64,000 nucleotides of DNA from Antedon mediterranea (Eukaryota > Animalia > Echinodermata), in contig NC_092677.1 in assembly GCF_964355755.1 (NCBI RefSeq), positions 4,114,101-4,178,100 of the forward strand. The letters run 5' to 3'. A model generated the notes under the pieces. That model ran no database searches and was not told the DNA's origin. It saw only the letters and a list, made by a program, of their open reading frames with translations. Shown here one piece after another: positions 41,901-49,382 of this stretch. The first letter of the stretch is position 1. The number at the start of each line of letters is the position of its first letter. The position numbers and the translations under genes were made by a program.

Positions 41901-42875
41901 TGGGTATTTACTCAAGTGGCTTACACAATTTGTTCACATTAATTGATCAAATAAATACATCTGGGGTTGTGATTCCAAACTGATAATATGTCACGGAGAG
42001 TTAAGGTCTGAAAGATTTAATAACAGACTCCATCACGGATAATACTAGGTTAGAAGTCAGTGTCATATTTTAGGAATGTTATTTTAGTTTAACAAATATG
42101 AGATGAATAAATAAAATTTATTATTACAACTTACAACTTATTGAATATATGAAAGAAAGATTTATTTATTTATGTTCCTTCAATATTTTTATGTGTATGT
42201 TATTGTTAGTGTTTTTATTGTAAAGGTTTAGTACAACGTTTTTTCAGGCTCTGCCTTTGTTGTACGTCCTCTATCTCAATTTGTATTTTATGTTTGTTAT
42301 GATGGAAATAAAATTGATTATGATTATATGATTATGAAAGATAGCATTTATAGACCCATTTCACCTTAAAAGTAAGACTCATTTTGTTCCCAAATCTAAA
42401 CATTTCTCTATGCAGCTCAAAGTAGAACACAGACTTACATTCCATTAAACAAAAAGAAAATGCTGACAAGATTTTTTTAAGTTGGCCTCCTCTAGCAAGT
42501 TGACATTTGAAATGCTTTTCACTGCCATTGGTCTCAATTTTTCCAAGTAATAAAAATGATATATTTCTAATTAAAAAAATGAATTAGGATTCTAAAACGT
42601 ACCTTATGATAAATAACATTTACAACTAGCATACATGCAGCGTTTAATAATCCTATCAAACAAAACAGTGACAGCAACGCTCTTTTCAACCAGACGCAAT
42701 ATTTCTGGTACAAATCCTCAATGTCCATTCCTCGGAATTTACGTTGAAGATGGCGCAAAGACCATCCCGCATGGTCAATCGTGTTTCCTCGTTCTTCTAA
42801 AAAGTCCTCAAGCGAACCAAAGTTCATAAAGTCTCCGTGAGGGTGTCTCATTTGGTAATATTCTTTTGCAGACAT
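2775..42875 (-). CDS. ADCY2: Transmembrane adenylyl cyclase, type 2/4/7-like; 23 coding exons, ~1145 aa
   Basis: Spliced exons give M1-C1-M2-C2 architecture. C1: [32 protein letters not shown]1b: [15 protein letters not shown] (AC2-group motif). C2: [34 protein letters not shown]. All introns GT-AG, phases consistent, total 3438 nt. Subtype assigned by motif recognition only. Confidence 0.93.
2978..3165. repeat. Degenerate (accaat)n-rich tandem/low-complexity repeat
   Basis: Repeated taccaata/taccaatt units. Confidence 0.6.
3182..3306 (-). CDS. ADCY2: ADCY coding exon 22 ([33 protein letters not shown])
   Basis: C2a catalytic Asp/Asn/Arg; tag/gtttgt. Confidence 0.96.
3415..3570 (+). mobile_element. 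Short tRNA-derived SINE-like element
   Basis: A-box tggtctaatagtta, B-box gggttcgaatc, followed by a non-tRNA tail. Confidence 0.55.
3599..3722 (-). CDS. ADCY2: ADCY coding exon 21 (...EFAMSM...[13 protein letters not shown])
   Basis: C2a; tag/gtaagg. Confidence 0.94.
4403..4576. mobile_element. hAT-type MITE
   Basis: Termini CAGT..TAA / TTACACCACTG; exact 8-bp TSD GCTAAAAC at 4395-4402 and 4577-4584; related copy near 33443. Confidence 0.8.
4770..4895 (-). CDS. ADCY2: ADCY coding exon 20 ([17 protein letters not shown])
   Basis: C2a adenine-specifying Lys; cag/gtaggg. Confidence 0.95.
4924..5070. repeat. Degenerate tandem repeat (ttgaaaagaagccc core)
   Basis: About 5 recurrences of gaaaa(g/t)aagccc. 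Confidence 0.5.
5245..5391 (-). CDS. ADCY2: ADCY coding exon 19 (ELYHQSY...[17 protein letters not shown])
   Basis: C2a; tag/gtgagc. Confidence 0.96.
5726..5884 (-). CDS. ADCY2: ADCY coding exon 18 (RLGFLW...[15 protein letters not shown])
   Basis: Conserved motif; cag/gtaggc. Confidence 0.94.
5927..6045. mobile_element. Harbinger-like MITE family A, partial
   Basis: TIR-like tgtctacactatcaaact plus internal atcactaccatatttggg. Confidence 0.75.
6190..6274 (-). CDS. ADCY2: ADCY coding exon 17 (...[14 protein letters not shown])
   Basis: Last TM helix plus RQ; cag/gtaggt. Confidence 0.9.
6607..6773 (-). CDS. ADCY2: ADCY coding exon 16 ([10 protein letters not shown]...FLLKSVVM...)
   Basis: TM helices; cag/gtaaat. 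Confidence 0.88.
7551..8390 (-). mobile_element. 5'-truncated decayed non-LTR retrotransposon (Rex1/L2-like RT C-terminus)
   Basis: [12 protein letters not shown] near 8376; frameshifted YLG segment; ORF 7673-8053 ([18 protein letters not shown]...DPSHPLH); AATAAA and a short TCTTGTA repeat tail. Confidence 0.85.
8607..8798 (-). CDS. ADCY2: ADCY coding exon 15 (extracellular loop IDCPPP...TECEFPA)
   Basis: Cys...C-x-F-P loop motif; cag/gtgagt; 192 nt. Confidence 0.82.
9246..9706. mobile_element. Non-autonomous DNA transposon, IS3EU-like, with >100-bp TIRs and an internal 21-bp tandem array
   Basis: TACG...CGTA termini; exact 6-bp TSD CCATTC at 9240-9245 and 9707-9712; repeats of attagtaattcgtttgaacgg. 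Confidence 0.85.
10978..11097 (-). CDS. ADCY2: ADCY coding exon 14 (CHKKLTANW...LLVAFVNV)
   Basis: TM helix; tag/gtaagt; 120 nt. Confidence 0.85.
11268..11373. mobile_element. Degenerate hAT-like MITE
   Basis: caaggggcgat ... ggatccgcccctg inverted ends. Confidence 0.45.
11578..11760 (-). CDS. ADCY2: ADCY coding exon 13 ([12 protein letters not shown]... M2 helices)
   Basis: FKYY motif; cag/gtaagc. Confidence 0.9.
12425..12485. mobile_element. Harbinger-like MITE family A, fragment
   Basis: agctctgtctacacta TIR. Confidence 0.65.
12499..12571 (-). CDS. ADCY2: ADCY coding exon 12 ([24 protein letters not shown])
   Basis: cag/gtaaga; phase fits. Confidence 0.85.
12878..13072 (-). mobile_element. 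tRNA-Gly(TCC)-derived SINE family B
   Basis: Reverse complement of the 22100-22330 element. Confidence 0.8.
13690..13935 (-). mobile_element. Degenerate tRNA-derived SINE-like element
   Basis: Minus strand ggtggtctagaggt (A-box) ... gggtttgatt (B-box-like); boundaries approximate. Confidence 0.45.
13968..14128. mobile_element. Harbinger-like MITE family A
   Basis: Both TIRs: ctctgtctacactatcaaact / agtttgatagtgtagacaaggct. Confidence 0.85.
14287..14367 (-). CDS. ADCY2: ADCY coding exon 11 ([26 protein letters not shown])
   Basis: Resembles the AC2 NERM..AIDGIN motif; cag/gtaaag. Confidence 0.9.
14858..14916 (-). CDS. ADCY2: ADCY coding exon 10 ([19 protein letters not shown])
   Basis: cag/gtaagt; phase 0->2 links its neighbours. 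Confidence 0.75.
15773..16103 (-). mobile_element. 3' end of a LINE (L2/CR1 group), heavily 5'-truncated
   Basis: Minus-strand [21 protein letters not shown]-like ORF2 end; 3'UTR hairpin gggagta...tactccc; (AAT)n tail. Confidence 0.55.
16480..16569. mobile_element. Harbinger-like MITE family A, internally deleted
   Basis: TIR agctctgtctacactatcaaact ... gacagagcc. Confidence 0.75.
16656..16786. mobile_element. Harbinger-like MITE family A
   Basis: Both TIRs; TAA on both flanks. Confidence 0.85.
16850..17008 (-). CDS. ADCY2: ADCY coding exon 9 (C1b; [22 protein letters not shown])
   Basis: AC2-group motif; tag/gtaagt. Confidence 0.93.
17548..17692. mobile_element. Harbinger-like MITE family A
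   Basis: Both TIRs. Confidence 0.85.
18643..19126. repeat. 16-bp minisatellite (gtccctggatagaggt) x ~30
   Basis: Direct reading; the 16-aa periodic ORFs on the minus strand are a by-product. Confidence 0.95.
19125..19348 (-). mobile_element. tRNA-Gly(TCC)-derived SINE family B
   Basis: Matches the 12878 and 22100 copies; poly-T marks the A tail. Confidence 0.8.
19782..19926. repeat. CT-rich microsatellite-like repeat (ctctctcgctgat)n
   Basis: Direct reading. Confidence 0.85.
20900..21020 (-). mobile_element. SINE family B, partial
   Basis: ctcatttgaggcttag...caggattgaacccgg...gggattggaaggca. Confidence 0.65.
21458..21626. mobile_element. Harbinger-like MITE family A
   Basis: Both TIRs; three 21-bp internal units atcactaccatatttgggcat. 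Confidence 0.85.
22100..22330 (+). mobile_element. tRNA-Gly(TCC)-derived SINE family B, full length
   Basis: A-box tagcttggtgg, anticodon arm gccttccaa, B-box ggttcaatcc, unique body, poly-A tail. Confidence 0.85.
22490..22622 (-). CDS. ADCY2: ADCY coding exon 8 (KVHITMATL...TFFIIAPK)
   Basis: End of C1a; tag/gtaagt. Confidence 0.95.
22903..23061 (-). CDS. ADCY2: ADCY coding exon 7 ([39 protein letters not shown])
   Basis: C1a core; cag/gtaggt. Confidence 0.96.
23197..23507. mobile_element. MITE (possibly Harbinger-like) with internal aaccgataa repeats
   Basis: ggccgtgttctgcagccaaaa ... ttttggctgcggaaacatggcc inverted ends. Confidence 0.6.
24195..24485. repeat. Degenerate ~21-23-bp tandem repeat (ggcat..gcattcaggtccctg)
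   Basis: About 12 diverged units. Confidence 0.75.
24515..24642 (-). CDS. ADCY2: ADCY coding exon 6 ([21 protein letters not shown]...)
   Basis: C1a second Asp; tag/gtaagt. Confidence 0.96.
26000..26111 (-). CDS. ADCY2: ADCY coding exon 5 ([10 protein letters not shown]...[13 protein letters not shown])
   Basis: C1a metal-binding Asp; cag/gtaagt. Confidence 0.96.
26715..26829. mobile_element. Harbinger-like MITE family A
   Basis: Near-perfect TIRs agctctgtctacacta / tagtgtagacagagct. Confidence 0.85.
27170..27665. repeat. Degenerate nested tandem repeat (aatacaaaatattctcacc core), duplicated ~300-bp block
   Basis: gagttaaagattgactg recurs near 27187, 27405 and 27496; many caaaatattctcacc units. 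Confidence 0.7.
30930..31093 (-). CDS. ADCY2: ADCY coding exon 4 ([13 protein letters not shown]...[13 protein letters not shown])
   Basis: Conserved motifs; cag/gtgagt. Confidence 0.95.
32120..32262. mobile_element. Harbinger-like MITE family A
   Basis: Both TIRs. Confidence 0.8.
33443..33625. mobile_element. hAT-type MITE, diverged relative of 4403-4576
   Basis: Shared ggcccctggtttagcactcct...gtagttgcattg.ggctgctta. Confidence 0.65.
34938..35203. repeat. Perfect 23-bp minisatellite atgcaatagaactgaatggaggc x 11.5
   Basis: 11 identical full units plus 13 bp, no spacers. Confidence 0.97.
35408..38347 (-). CDS. LINE ORF2p: apurinic-like endonuclease plus reverse transcriptase (frame open for 979 codons, no AUG before the EN domain)
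   Basis: YSNCDG..NK, LTE, GDFN, SDH (EN); [32 protein letters not shown] (RT); the frame is open from 38347, upstream of the TTG used by the ORF track. Confidence 0.93.
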   Translation of the reverse strand, partial: SFFVPNKENKNRKFSNLKESTFSNQKFNFWYSNCDGFLNKKSELLSRLVSEKVDFIALTEILPKHCLYPPLINEFRVQGYQAFFSNEDFTSGRGVLIYVRNGISVSQIFFKKNKFVESVWVRVKEVKTDLLLGCVYRSPTCSMDNNIKLNSLFREVYKSSFSDLIVVGDFNYKSINWELNCVSSEDGDSSRSFFDTINDLFLIQHVMEPTRYREGETPNVLDLVFTDKENTINGIMQSPPLGKSDHMVLQFSLDLVRDDRIEPNIRSYRHGNYDLLREKIGLVDWDVVFNDKSGIQSWDEFEHILAKNIDECIPMRKVCHGRKPLWMNKKIEKQIAKKNKCWKQYVKAKRKQKVCVSAKWSKFVQVRNQTVDLIRCSKSDFENKIAIEIKSNEKSFWRYLSSQINIKSGIPNLTDSNGRHVSDDKDKAELLNTFFSSVFVDENFSNVPAIDDISEDFLSQVDFPCDEILNILSTLNITKTAGPDGIHPRILVELKDIICYPLHIIFTKLFQEGAVPNSWKRAIVVPIFKKGVKSDPSNYRPVSLTSVVGKIMERIIRKELLDFLEHHSLICYEQFGFRQGRSCALQLLDVLENWFSYFDNQDCFDCIYLDYKKAFDSVPHHRLLLKMSALGIRGKLLNWFQEFLNDRQQRVSVNGCVSDWADVRSGIPQGSVVGPVLFIMFINDLPSVISSSVRMFADDTKLYRVVNTVNDAQVLQEDLEKACDWSDKWQLPFNEGKCKVMHFGKKNNKHLYAMRGFLLNEVDHEKDLGVTIDSKLVFNVHVADVAMRANRKLGMVYRAFKFLNMDGFLRLYKAIIRPTLEYCNVVFNSLHCKEEDLLEKVQERATKLIFSIRHLPYSERLKILNLPTLAYRRQRAHLIQIFKILHGVDSISADSFFERDEDVRTRGHSFKLKFKFSRTNWMRDSFGRKAIILWNSLSEDVVASRSTNQFKSGLERAWSNHPLKFAPYSRVDVIIKRGL
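38328..39182 (-). CDS. LINE ORF1p: PHD finger, coiled coil and RRM-like C-terminal region (284 aa)
   Basis: CGSC..CGMC..FHCSC..WYCRTC PHD pattern; [12 protein letters not shown] and RVGK...RPLKL motifs typical of CR1/L2 ORF1. Confidence 0.92.
   Translation of the reverse strand: MASGGYIGGGGRPKTARKLRSALTPAGDDSIPHLGLCGSCSKAVDNQSVTCGMCGFCFHCSCQDVGKSLFDVISSGEQGLHWYCRTCNKSACGFLKALSTIGKTQENILKDIKRIDDTITRNSSDIADLKAKDSTDKIDLLTAINERFEDEAEKERRRCNLMLYNIEENTSSDPMIRKQHDLSVIRSFCNGSVDIDAEMKVIYRVGKAEKDIKRPLKLVFRKESIKRQVFSLAIQKGFAVSNDRTMKEREAFTKLKGELKTRLDAGEKDIVIRSGKIVKLFRSQ
39480..39706 (+). mobile_element. 3' tail of an L2-type LINE or L2-dependent SINE
   Basis: gcgcttagag...ataggcgctttataaat...(att)n end; 5' boundary uncertain. 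Confidence 0.5.
39714..39863 (-). CDS. ADCY2: ADCY coding exon 3 (IFANLVIF...[24 protein letters not shown])
   Basis: Conserved AC coiled-coil motif; cag/gtgagt. Confidence 0.93.
40040..40125. repeat. ~41-bp tandem duplication
   Basis: aagcagtcattcatcccccaataaatgttgctaaattgtt x2. Confidence 0.85.
40365..40724 (-). CDS. ADCY2: ADCY coding exon 2 (M1 helices; DHLRWEQ...VYTMLPL...DILLQ)
   Basis: cag acceptor, gtgagt donor, 360 nt, YTMLP motif. Confidence 0.88.
42160..42338 (+). mobile_element. LINE 3'UTR remnant
   Basis: caggctctgccttt hairpin, aataaa, (tgatta)n tail. Confidence 0.4.
42603..42875 (-). CDS. ADCY2: ADCY coding exon 1 (MSAKEYY...VNVIYHK)
   Basis: ATG with an upstream in-frame stop; F..D.EDLYQKY N-terminal motif followed by TM1; donor gtacgt; a likely acceptor at 42968 implies an upstream non-coding exon. 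Confidence 0.8.
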
Positions 42876-42902
42876 TTTGCTTTTTTCAGCAAGAGGAGTT
42901 CC

Positions 42903-42962
42903 TTACATGTTTCTGTTATTTTGCATGTTTTGTATGGTTTCCATGGTTACGACAATTTTCAT
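42903..42962 (-). promoter_or_regulatory. In-frame upstream ORF (MKIVVTMETIQNMQNNRNM*) in the ADCY 5' leader
   Basis: 4 in-frame ATGs; TAA followed by 9 sense codons, then the main ATG; lies just inside a ttttctttcag acceptor. Confidence 0.55.
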
Positions 42963-43211
42963 TTTCACTGAAAGAAAAGGAATAAATAAAATCATCCAAA
43001 GAGTTATTAAATTGAAAATAATGAACAATTTTACTGTACAATGAACTTATTATAAAATCATTCAATCCATATATTATCATCAATTTGGTTCGCACAGTAG
43101 CATACAATACTGTAAATCCAAATTAATAAAATAAAGGTTATAGAAAAAGTAAGAAAAAGTACAGTTGTTTACTAAATTTGTTCAAATTTATGTTCTAAAA
43201 TACATAATTCT

Positions 43212-43452
43212 AACAATTTCTCTCAAAATATGATTATTTTGAATTTCTTTTCTTTATTCTTAGCAAGACAGCTCAACTCCAATTTCAATAATAATTTATT
43301 TTCTAAAATACCTAAATCTTCCAACCAATTTCTCTCAAAATATGTTTATTTTGAATTTTCTTTTCTTTATTTTTATCAAGACATCTCTACTTCAGTTTCA
43401 ATAATTTATTTTCTAAAATACCTAAATCTTCCAAATCATTTTTCTCAAAATA
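43212..43452. repeat. ~113-bp tandem duplication (2.1 copies)
   Basis: caatttctctcaaaatatg...ttctaaaatacctaaatcttccaa repeated. Confidence 0.85.
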
Positions 43453-44110
43453 GGGGGATTAACTTTTCATCTTTACATAAATACTGATCAGACATTCAAA
43501 ATAGAAAGAAAAACACAGTATTCAATCAAACAAAATGCCTACAATCACTTTCCATTATGTTTAAATGAATATGCCCATTTATATAATCTGACATACAGTA
43601 TGTACACAGCTGTGTTAGTCCCTTTAATTATAGTTATACTACTTTAGACAATTAATATTGCTGTATAAAAAAATGTGCATAGAAATAATTAAATAGATTT
43701 CCCCTCTTTCTTATTCGAACAATGAGAGATGTAATCTTGCTATATTTATTACATTTCAGATGACAAACTAAATGCTAGACTATTATTCGCTAAATAAAAT
43801 CACTGTATTTATTTGATATGGCAGAATGAGACAAGGATATCAAACAACATCTGAAGATTAAAACTAATTTACCAAATATCATAAAAAAAATGTTTCTACT
43901 GTAATATTATATTCCACAGATAAATTAGAAAATTTGATTTGAATGGAACATTTTTTTAACCAATTTTGATTAGCATTATTAAACTGCTAACAATCTGAAA
44001 CAAAGTATTTTTGGATATAGAGGTATATCATTAGAAAATTGTGTAACAAAAGTGGCAAGAGAACATTTTTCTTGCACATGTCTCTATATATAGGTCAAAC
44101 AGCAAAAGAG

Positions 44111-45112
44111 TAACAAGTGGAATACCTCAAGGAAGTGTTCTAGGACCACTGCTCTTCAACTTGTATATCAACGACCTTCCTGATCAAATAGATTCCGAGA
44201 TAACAATTTTTGCTGATGACACCAAGATTTTTAGAAAAATAAATAATTTAGATGATGCCAAAAAGTTACAAGATGACATTGACAAGCTGTTTAAATGGTC
44301 TATAAAATGGCAACTACCGTTTAACTTAGATAAATGTAGTGTCATGCATTTTGGTAGAAAGAACAATACATTTCAATACAAGATGGGCCATGCAGAAAAC
44401 AAGAAACTACTACAATGGGTCTCCAAAATGACAGATCTCGGGGTCGTAATTGACGATAAATTAACTTTCGAATCCCATGTGGCTCAAGTTGCTATGAAAG
44501 CAAATAAAAAGCTGGGCATCATATATAGGTCTTTTGATTATTTATCCTGCCACTCCTTATCTCTTCTGTATAAATCGATTGTAAGACCATCCATGGAATA
44601 TTGCAGTACTGTTTGGCAACATGTTTTTTTGAAAGAATCTGATAAGTTGGAAAAGGTTCAACAGCGTGCATCAAGAATGATAGCAGATTTACTTCAGTAT
44701 GAATACAGTCAACGACTTTCCATAATGCACCTTCCTACTCTAGAATACAGAAGATTGAGATCCGCAATGATTCAAGTATTCAAAATGTTCTACGGTTTCA
44801 CTAAATGTAACAATGAGGATTTTTTTAAGTTAACCACTGAATCTAGAACCAGAGGACACTTTTTGAAAATTAGTAAACCTTGTACTCACTTAAGGATACG
44901 GCAGAAATTTTTTACAAACTCTATTATCGACACATGGAACAACTTGCCTCAGGATGTAATAGAAGCTGCAAATGTTAATCAATTTAAAAACCGACTAGAA
45001 AAATTTTGGAATCACCACCCACTAAAGTTTTCCCCGTATGATAGAACATGCAATAGAATATACCGGAGGGACACACAAGCATTGCTTTAGATGTCCAAGA
45101 TCAAGGTAAATA
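44111..45112 (+). mobile_element. 5'-truncated CR1-clade LINE (RT C-terminal half, frame still open)
   Basis: Starts at [12 protein letters not shown]; FADD; ends NHHPLKFSPY, similar to NHPLKFAPY in the full-length copy but a diverged family. Confidence 0.92.
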
Positions 45113-45142
45113 AGGGAACTTAGATTAATGAAGCTCATGTTA

Positions 45143-45261
45143 AGCTCTTTCTACACTATTAAACTTAATGTGACAACAAAATGTGATGTGCCCATATATG
45201 GACCATGGTTGGGCACATCACATTTTTTGTCAAACTAGTTTGATAGTGTTAAGACAGAGCT
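45143..45261. mobile_element. Harbinger-like MITE family A
   Basis: Both TIRs; TTA flanks. Confidence 0.8.
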
Positions 45262-46964
45262 TTACTCACATTCTCAAATACCAGGTATAGCAATATCTTA
45301 AATATTAAATCAGCATTACAAATACAATAGATATAGATACAAACAATACCAAATAGATGATAGGGATGGAAACAAAATTGAATCATCTGCAAAATGACTA
45401 CAACTGGTTTCCATGATAAACTTCACAGTACGACTACAAAAAGATCTCACCAAAAGTAATGTTTATGTGATGAAAATTTCCTGGAACATCGGATGTGATT
45501 CTTGGAACCCATGCAGTGTGTATTCTTTTCTAGTTAAAATCTGTTTGATATGAATTTGAATTAAATTATGAGAAAGGAAAAAATAATATTGTTTATTATT
45601 AATCTTTTTTTTTTCTCTTTCAATTCTCAAATTAAGCAATAAAAGCTAAATTAGAAACATTCTGAAATTATAAAGAGAAAGTCAACTAAAATATTATGAA
45701 ACAACAGATGACAGTTGGAACATTGTAAGTTTTGTTGCCCATGCTGTGCTCACTGCCTCTTGTACAAGAACACTAACAAACATCTACCACATTGTTATGC
45801 TTTCTGACAGGTCTTTGGCAGTACACCACACAAAGCAGCAAGACGACTCAGCATCAGACGAAATACAGATGTGAAATACACTGAAATGCTATATGAAAAG
45901 TATCTTGCTAATATTTTAGTTTGTAATTAAATTTAAACTTTACTCTATTTCTGACTTCACTTCTAATCTAATCTAATAAACTTCTATTCTAATATTCAAA
46001 TTTTCTTTGGCCTTCTGTAAGCAGATATATTATACAAATATATAATATTATTTATCTCATTTCTTTGTTTCTAGGAATTGTGTAAAGTGGAAATAAGTTT
46101 TTAACTTGTCTTGGCATTCCTTTTGTAATAGAGGCCTTGTCTCACTCTCACTCTCACTCTACAATCATTGTTTTTCTGTACAGTTTGTTGTTTATTTGAT
46201 ACAAACGGATTATACTTTTTTTCCACAACAAAATCCTTTTCTATCATTAAACAGCATTATCATCACATACACCCATTCTAGTTTCTACTTATTGTACTTG
46301 TGTTGTATGTATTGTATTTTGTAATATCGGTCTTTCAATGTATCAAATTTGGAGAAAAAGTTGATAAAAATGAAGTTTTGTCTGAAGTCTTGGAGAACAA
46401 CTATTTCTGTCTCTGCAAATTGATAATATAAATGTTTGCAATATATACACCTTTAATATAACACGTTCTTTGAAAGGTTTTGACAGGGGAGTTGTAATTG
46501 AATCGCATTAATATAACCAACTAAAGATTAATGGAGTTCCTCTGAGCAGGGAGTACAATTCTCTCATTCCTTAGAGATTATTCTACATTGACACTAATTG
46601 AAGTTTTTTTGTGTAAATACACAAATTGGATTTCTCTAAAGCAATTATAGCAATAATGACCTAATAGGATATTTGCTACTGGGCTGACAGTTATATTTGT
46701 ACAAGAAATTCAGAGACAATTATAGTTAGTAGGTTGTAAAGATACACCTGGCGAAGTGATATTCCTCAAACATTTTGTAAATAAATTTAAATACAGTAGA
46801 ACAGTAGAACTCCTATAAAGGAGACACTTTTTGAACCCAAGAAAGTGTCCACAGAATAGGTTCCCTTCTTGTTCACACTAAACCATTCCAACCTAGATTT
46901 CACTATTAAATGAGGATGAAGCTCCAGTTATTACCAGTGTGACTAAAACCTGTACTACTCTAGC

Positions 46965-47722
46965 CATTTGTCTGTGATCTGGATTAACAAAAGTTACTGT
47001 CTGAACAAGGCAGTTGATTAGAATAAACTGTTTCACTTTCACAGTACCAACTTGGATTTCAATATTCAAGATGAAGAAAACCTGCACTACTTTTAGTCAT
47101 TTATCTGTGATCACAACTGACAAAAGTTACTGTGTGAACAAGGCAGTGGATTAGCATAAACTGTTTCACTTTCAGTACCAACTTGGATTTCAATATTCAA
47201 GATGAAGAAAACATGCACTACTTTTAGTCATTTATCTATGATCACAACTGACAAAAGTTACTGTCTGAACAAGGCAGTGGATTTAGCATAAACTGTTTCA
47301 CTTTTGGTACCAACTTGGATTTCAATTCAAGATGAAGAAAACATGCACTACTTTTAGTCATTTATCTGTGATCACAACTGAAAGAAGTTACTGTCTGAAC
47401 AAGGCAGTGGATTTAACATAAACTGTTTCACTTTTGGTACCAACCTGGATTTCAATATTCAAGATGAAAAAAACCTGCACTACTTTTAGTCATTTATCTA
47501 TGAACACAACTGACAAAAGTTACTGTCTGAACAAGGCAGTGGATTAGCATAAACTGTTTCACTTTCGGTACAAACCTGGATTTCCATATTCAGATGAAGA
47601 AAGCCTGCACTACTTTTAGTCATTCATCTGTGATTCGTCACACGTTACTGTCTGAACAAGGCAGTGGATTAGCATTAAACCGGTTTCTGTATATTTTTGG
47701 TAACCAACCACCTTGATTTCAA
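46965..47722. repeat. ~131-bp tandem repeat x ~5.7
   Basis: Units start near 46965, 47098, 47229, 47359, 47491, 47621 (aaaagttactgtctgaacaaggcagtggattagcataaactgtttcac...). Confidence 0.93.
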
Positions 47723-48284
47723 TATAGTGTAAACTAGCACTATAAAATAGTATATTCTATTCAAGTCAAGTTTCATTGATTAACAATGACAATTGTAAAT
47801 GTACTTCAAAATTTGCCTTCCATTTTCCTAAACATGAATACTATTGTAATTGAGGATTACATCAGTTTAATCAAGGACATACTGTAACCTACCTGTATTG
47901 TTTGCACTTAGTGTTTTGTGTAAATAGAGTATTGTAGATACTCTAGGCATTATGTTGACAGCCCATACATAGCAACATCATTAAACAGACATTGACAGTT
48001 ACTTTCAGTAAACAACCAACAAATTCAATATACTACAGTATATGTAATCATCTTAAATATGTTGTACAATTGTATACAGACAATTTGAAATGTCTGTTTT
48101 TTCTCTATTTTAGTAATGCATCAACAAAATATACCACCAACTCCCAACTCTTTTATTCAGAAGTCAATTGGAAAAACAGTAAAGTTGCATGTAAAGTAGT
48201 ATAAACAGATAAGCGAGTCCATCCAACATTGTAACAAATCGATTAACAAGGTTATGGTTTACAATTTCTAAATTCAATTTAAAA

Positions 48285-48535
48285 AGATAGTAAAATTTCG
48301 AGGAAGAACGAGAACCACCCTACCAATAACTCTCAGCAACGACCTACTCACCCTTTATTAGCAGAACACAAACATCAAGTATCCCGGACAATTGAAAACC
48401 AAGAAATACATCAAACAACAAGAACTAGCCAATGAAAGATCAGACTGGAAGAAACTGGTAAAAGAGATTTACGGAGCAGCCCAAGCGGAAATGTCGGCAG
48501 ACTTTTTAGCGGAAAGGCAGTAATCATCATCATCA
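48285..48535 (+). mobile_element. RTE-clade LINE 3' fragment
   Basis: KFRGRTRTTLP...NDL and ELANERSDWKKLV motifs, stop codon, then (TCA)n tail. Confidence 0.7.
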
Positions 48536-49208
48536 GTAAAATCTTTGTGAGTTGTGAGATATGTAAAAGAAGACAAATTATTATACATGGTGTCCTTGGA
48601 ACCAAAGTAATTGTACAGTTCGTTCAAATACATTATGTAATAATGGTTGTCATGGGATATGCAAAAGTTTAATTACAGTATATCGATGGAATCATCTCCT
48701 GTAATATTTTATAACTTCACATAAAACATTCCTAAGCTAAAATAAATCATTTGCGAGAGAATTAAGTTTTTATTTCCTTCATTTTTATCTATTTAGTATC
48801 AGTTACAAAATGTAATGGCCTTTGAAACATTAATAATTTTATGTCGTTCACTGAACCAGTAAGTATTGAACTAGTAAGTAGTAAGTACTGAACCAGTAAT
48901 TAATTGAATGTAAATTGTGACAAACCATTTAAACAAAACAGAAGCCACTACAATTTAGGACTAAACCATTTAACCTACAATATCACACTTTAAACTACTT
49001 TATGAATAAATAATAGAAACTTTATAGGTGAAACAATATTTGAATATAGATAGTTAATTTAAAATAAAATCGATTCATGAGAAAAAGTATCAACTATAGT
49101 TTGTGTTTATACATCACAAGATAATTTCCCGAATGAAATCAAAATGTATCATGATACCTTTTGGGACTTCTGGCTTATGAGCTTCATTGACTCTTTAGAA
49201 GACTTTTA

Positions 49209-49382
49209 AGCTCTGTCCACACTATCAAACTTTATGTTGCAAACAAATGTGATTTGCCCATATATGGACATGATGATGTCACATCACTACCATATTTGGG
49301 CATATCACTACCATATTTGGGCATATCACTACCATATATATATAAAACTTTTTTGGTAAAACTAGTTTGATAGTGTACAGCT
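49209..49382. mobile_element. Harbinger-like MITE family A
   Basis: Both TIRs; TTA flanks. Confidence 0.85.

Noticed and set aside
46965-47722. Repeat-spacer array
   Set aside because: The whole 131-bp unit is repeated; there are no unique spacers.
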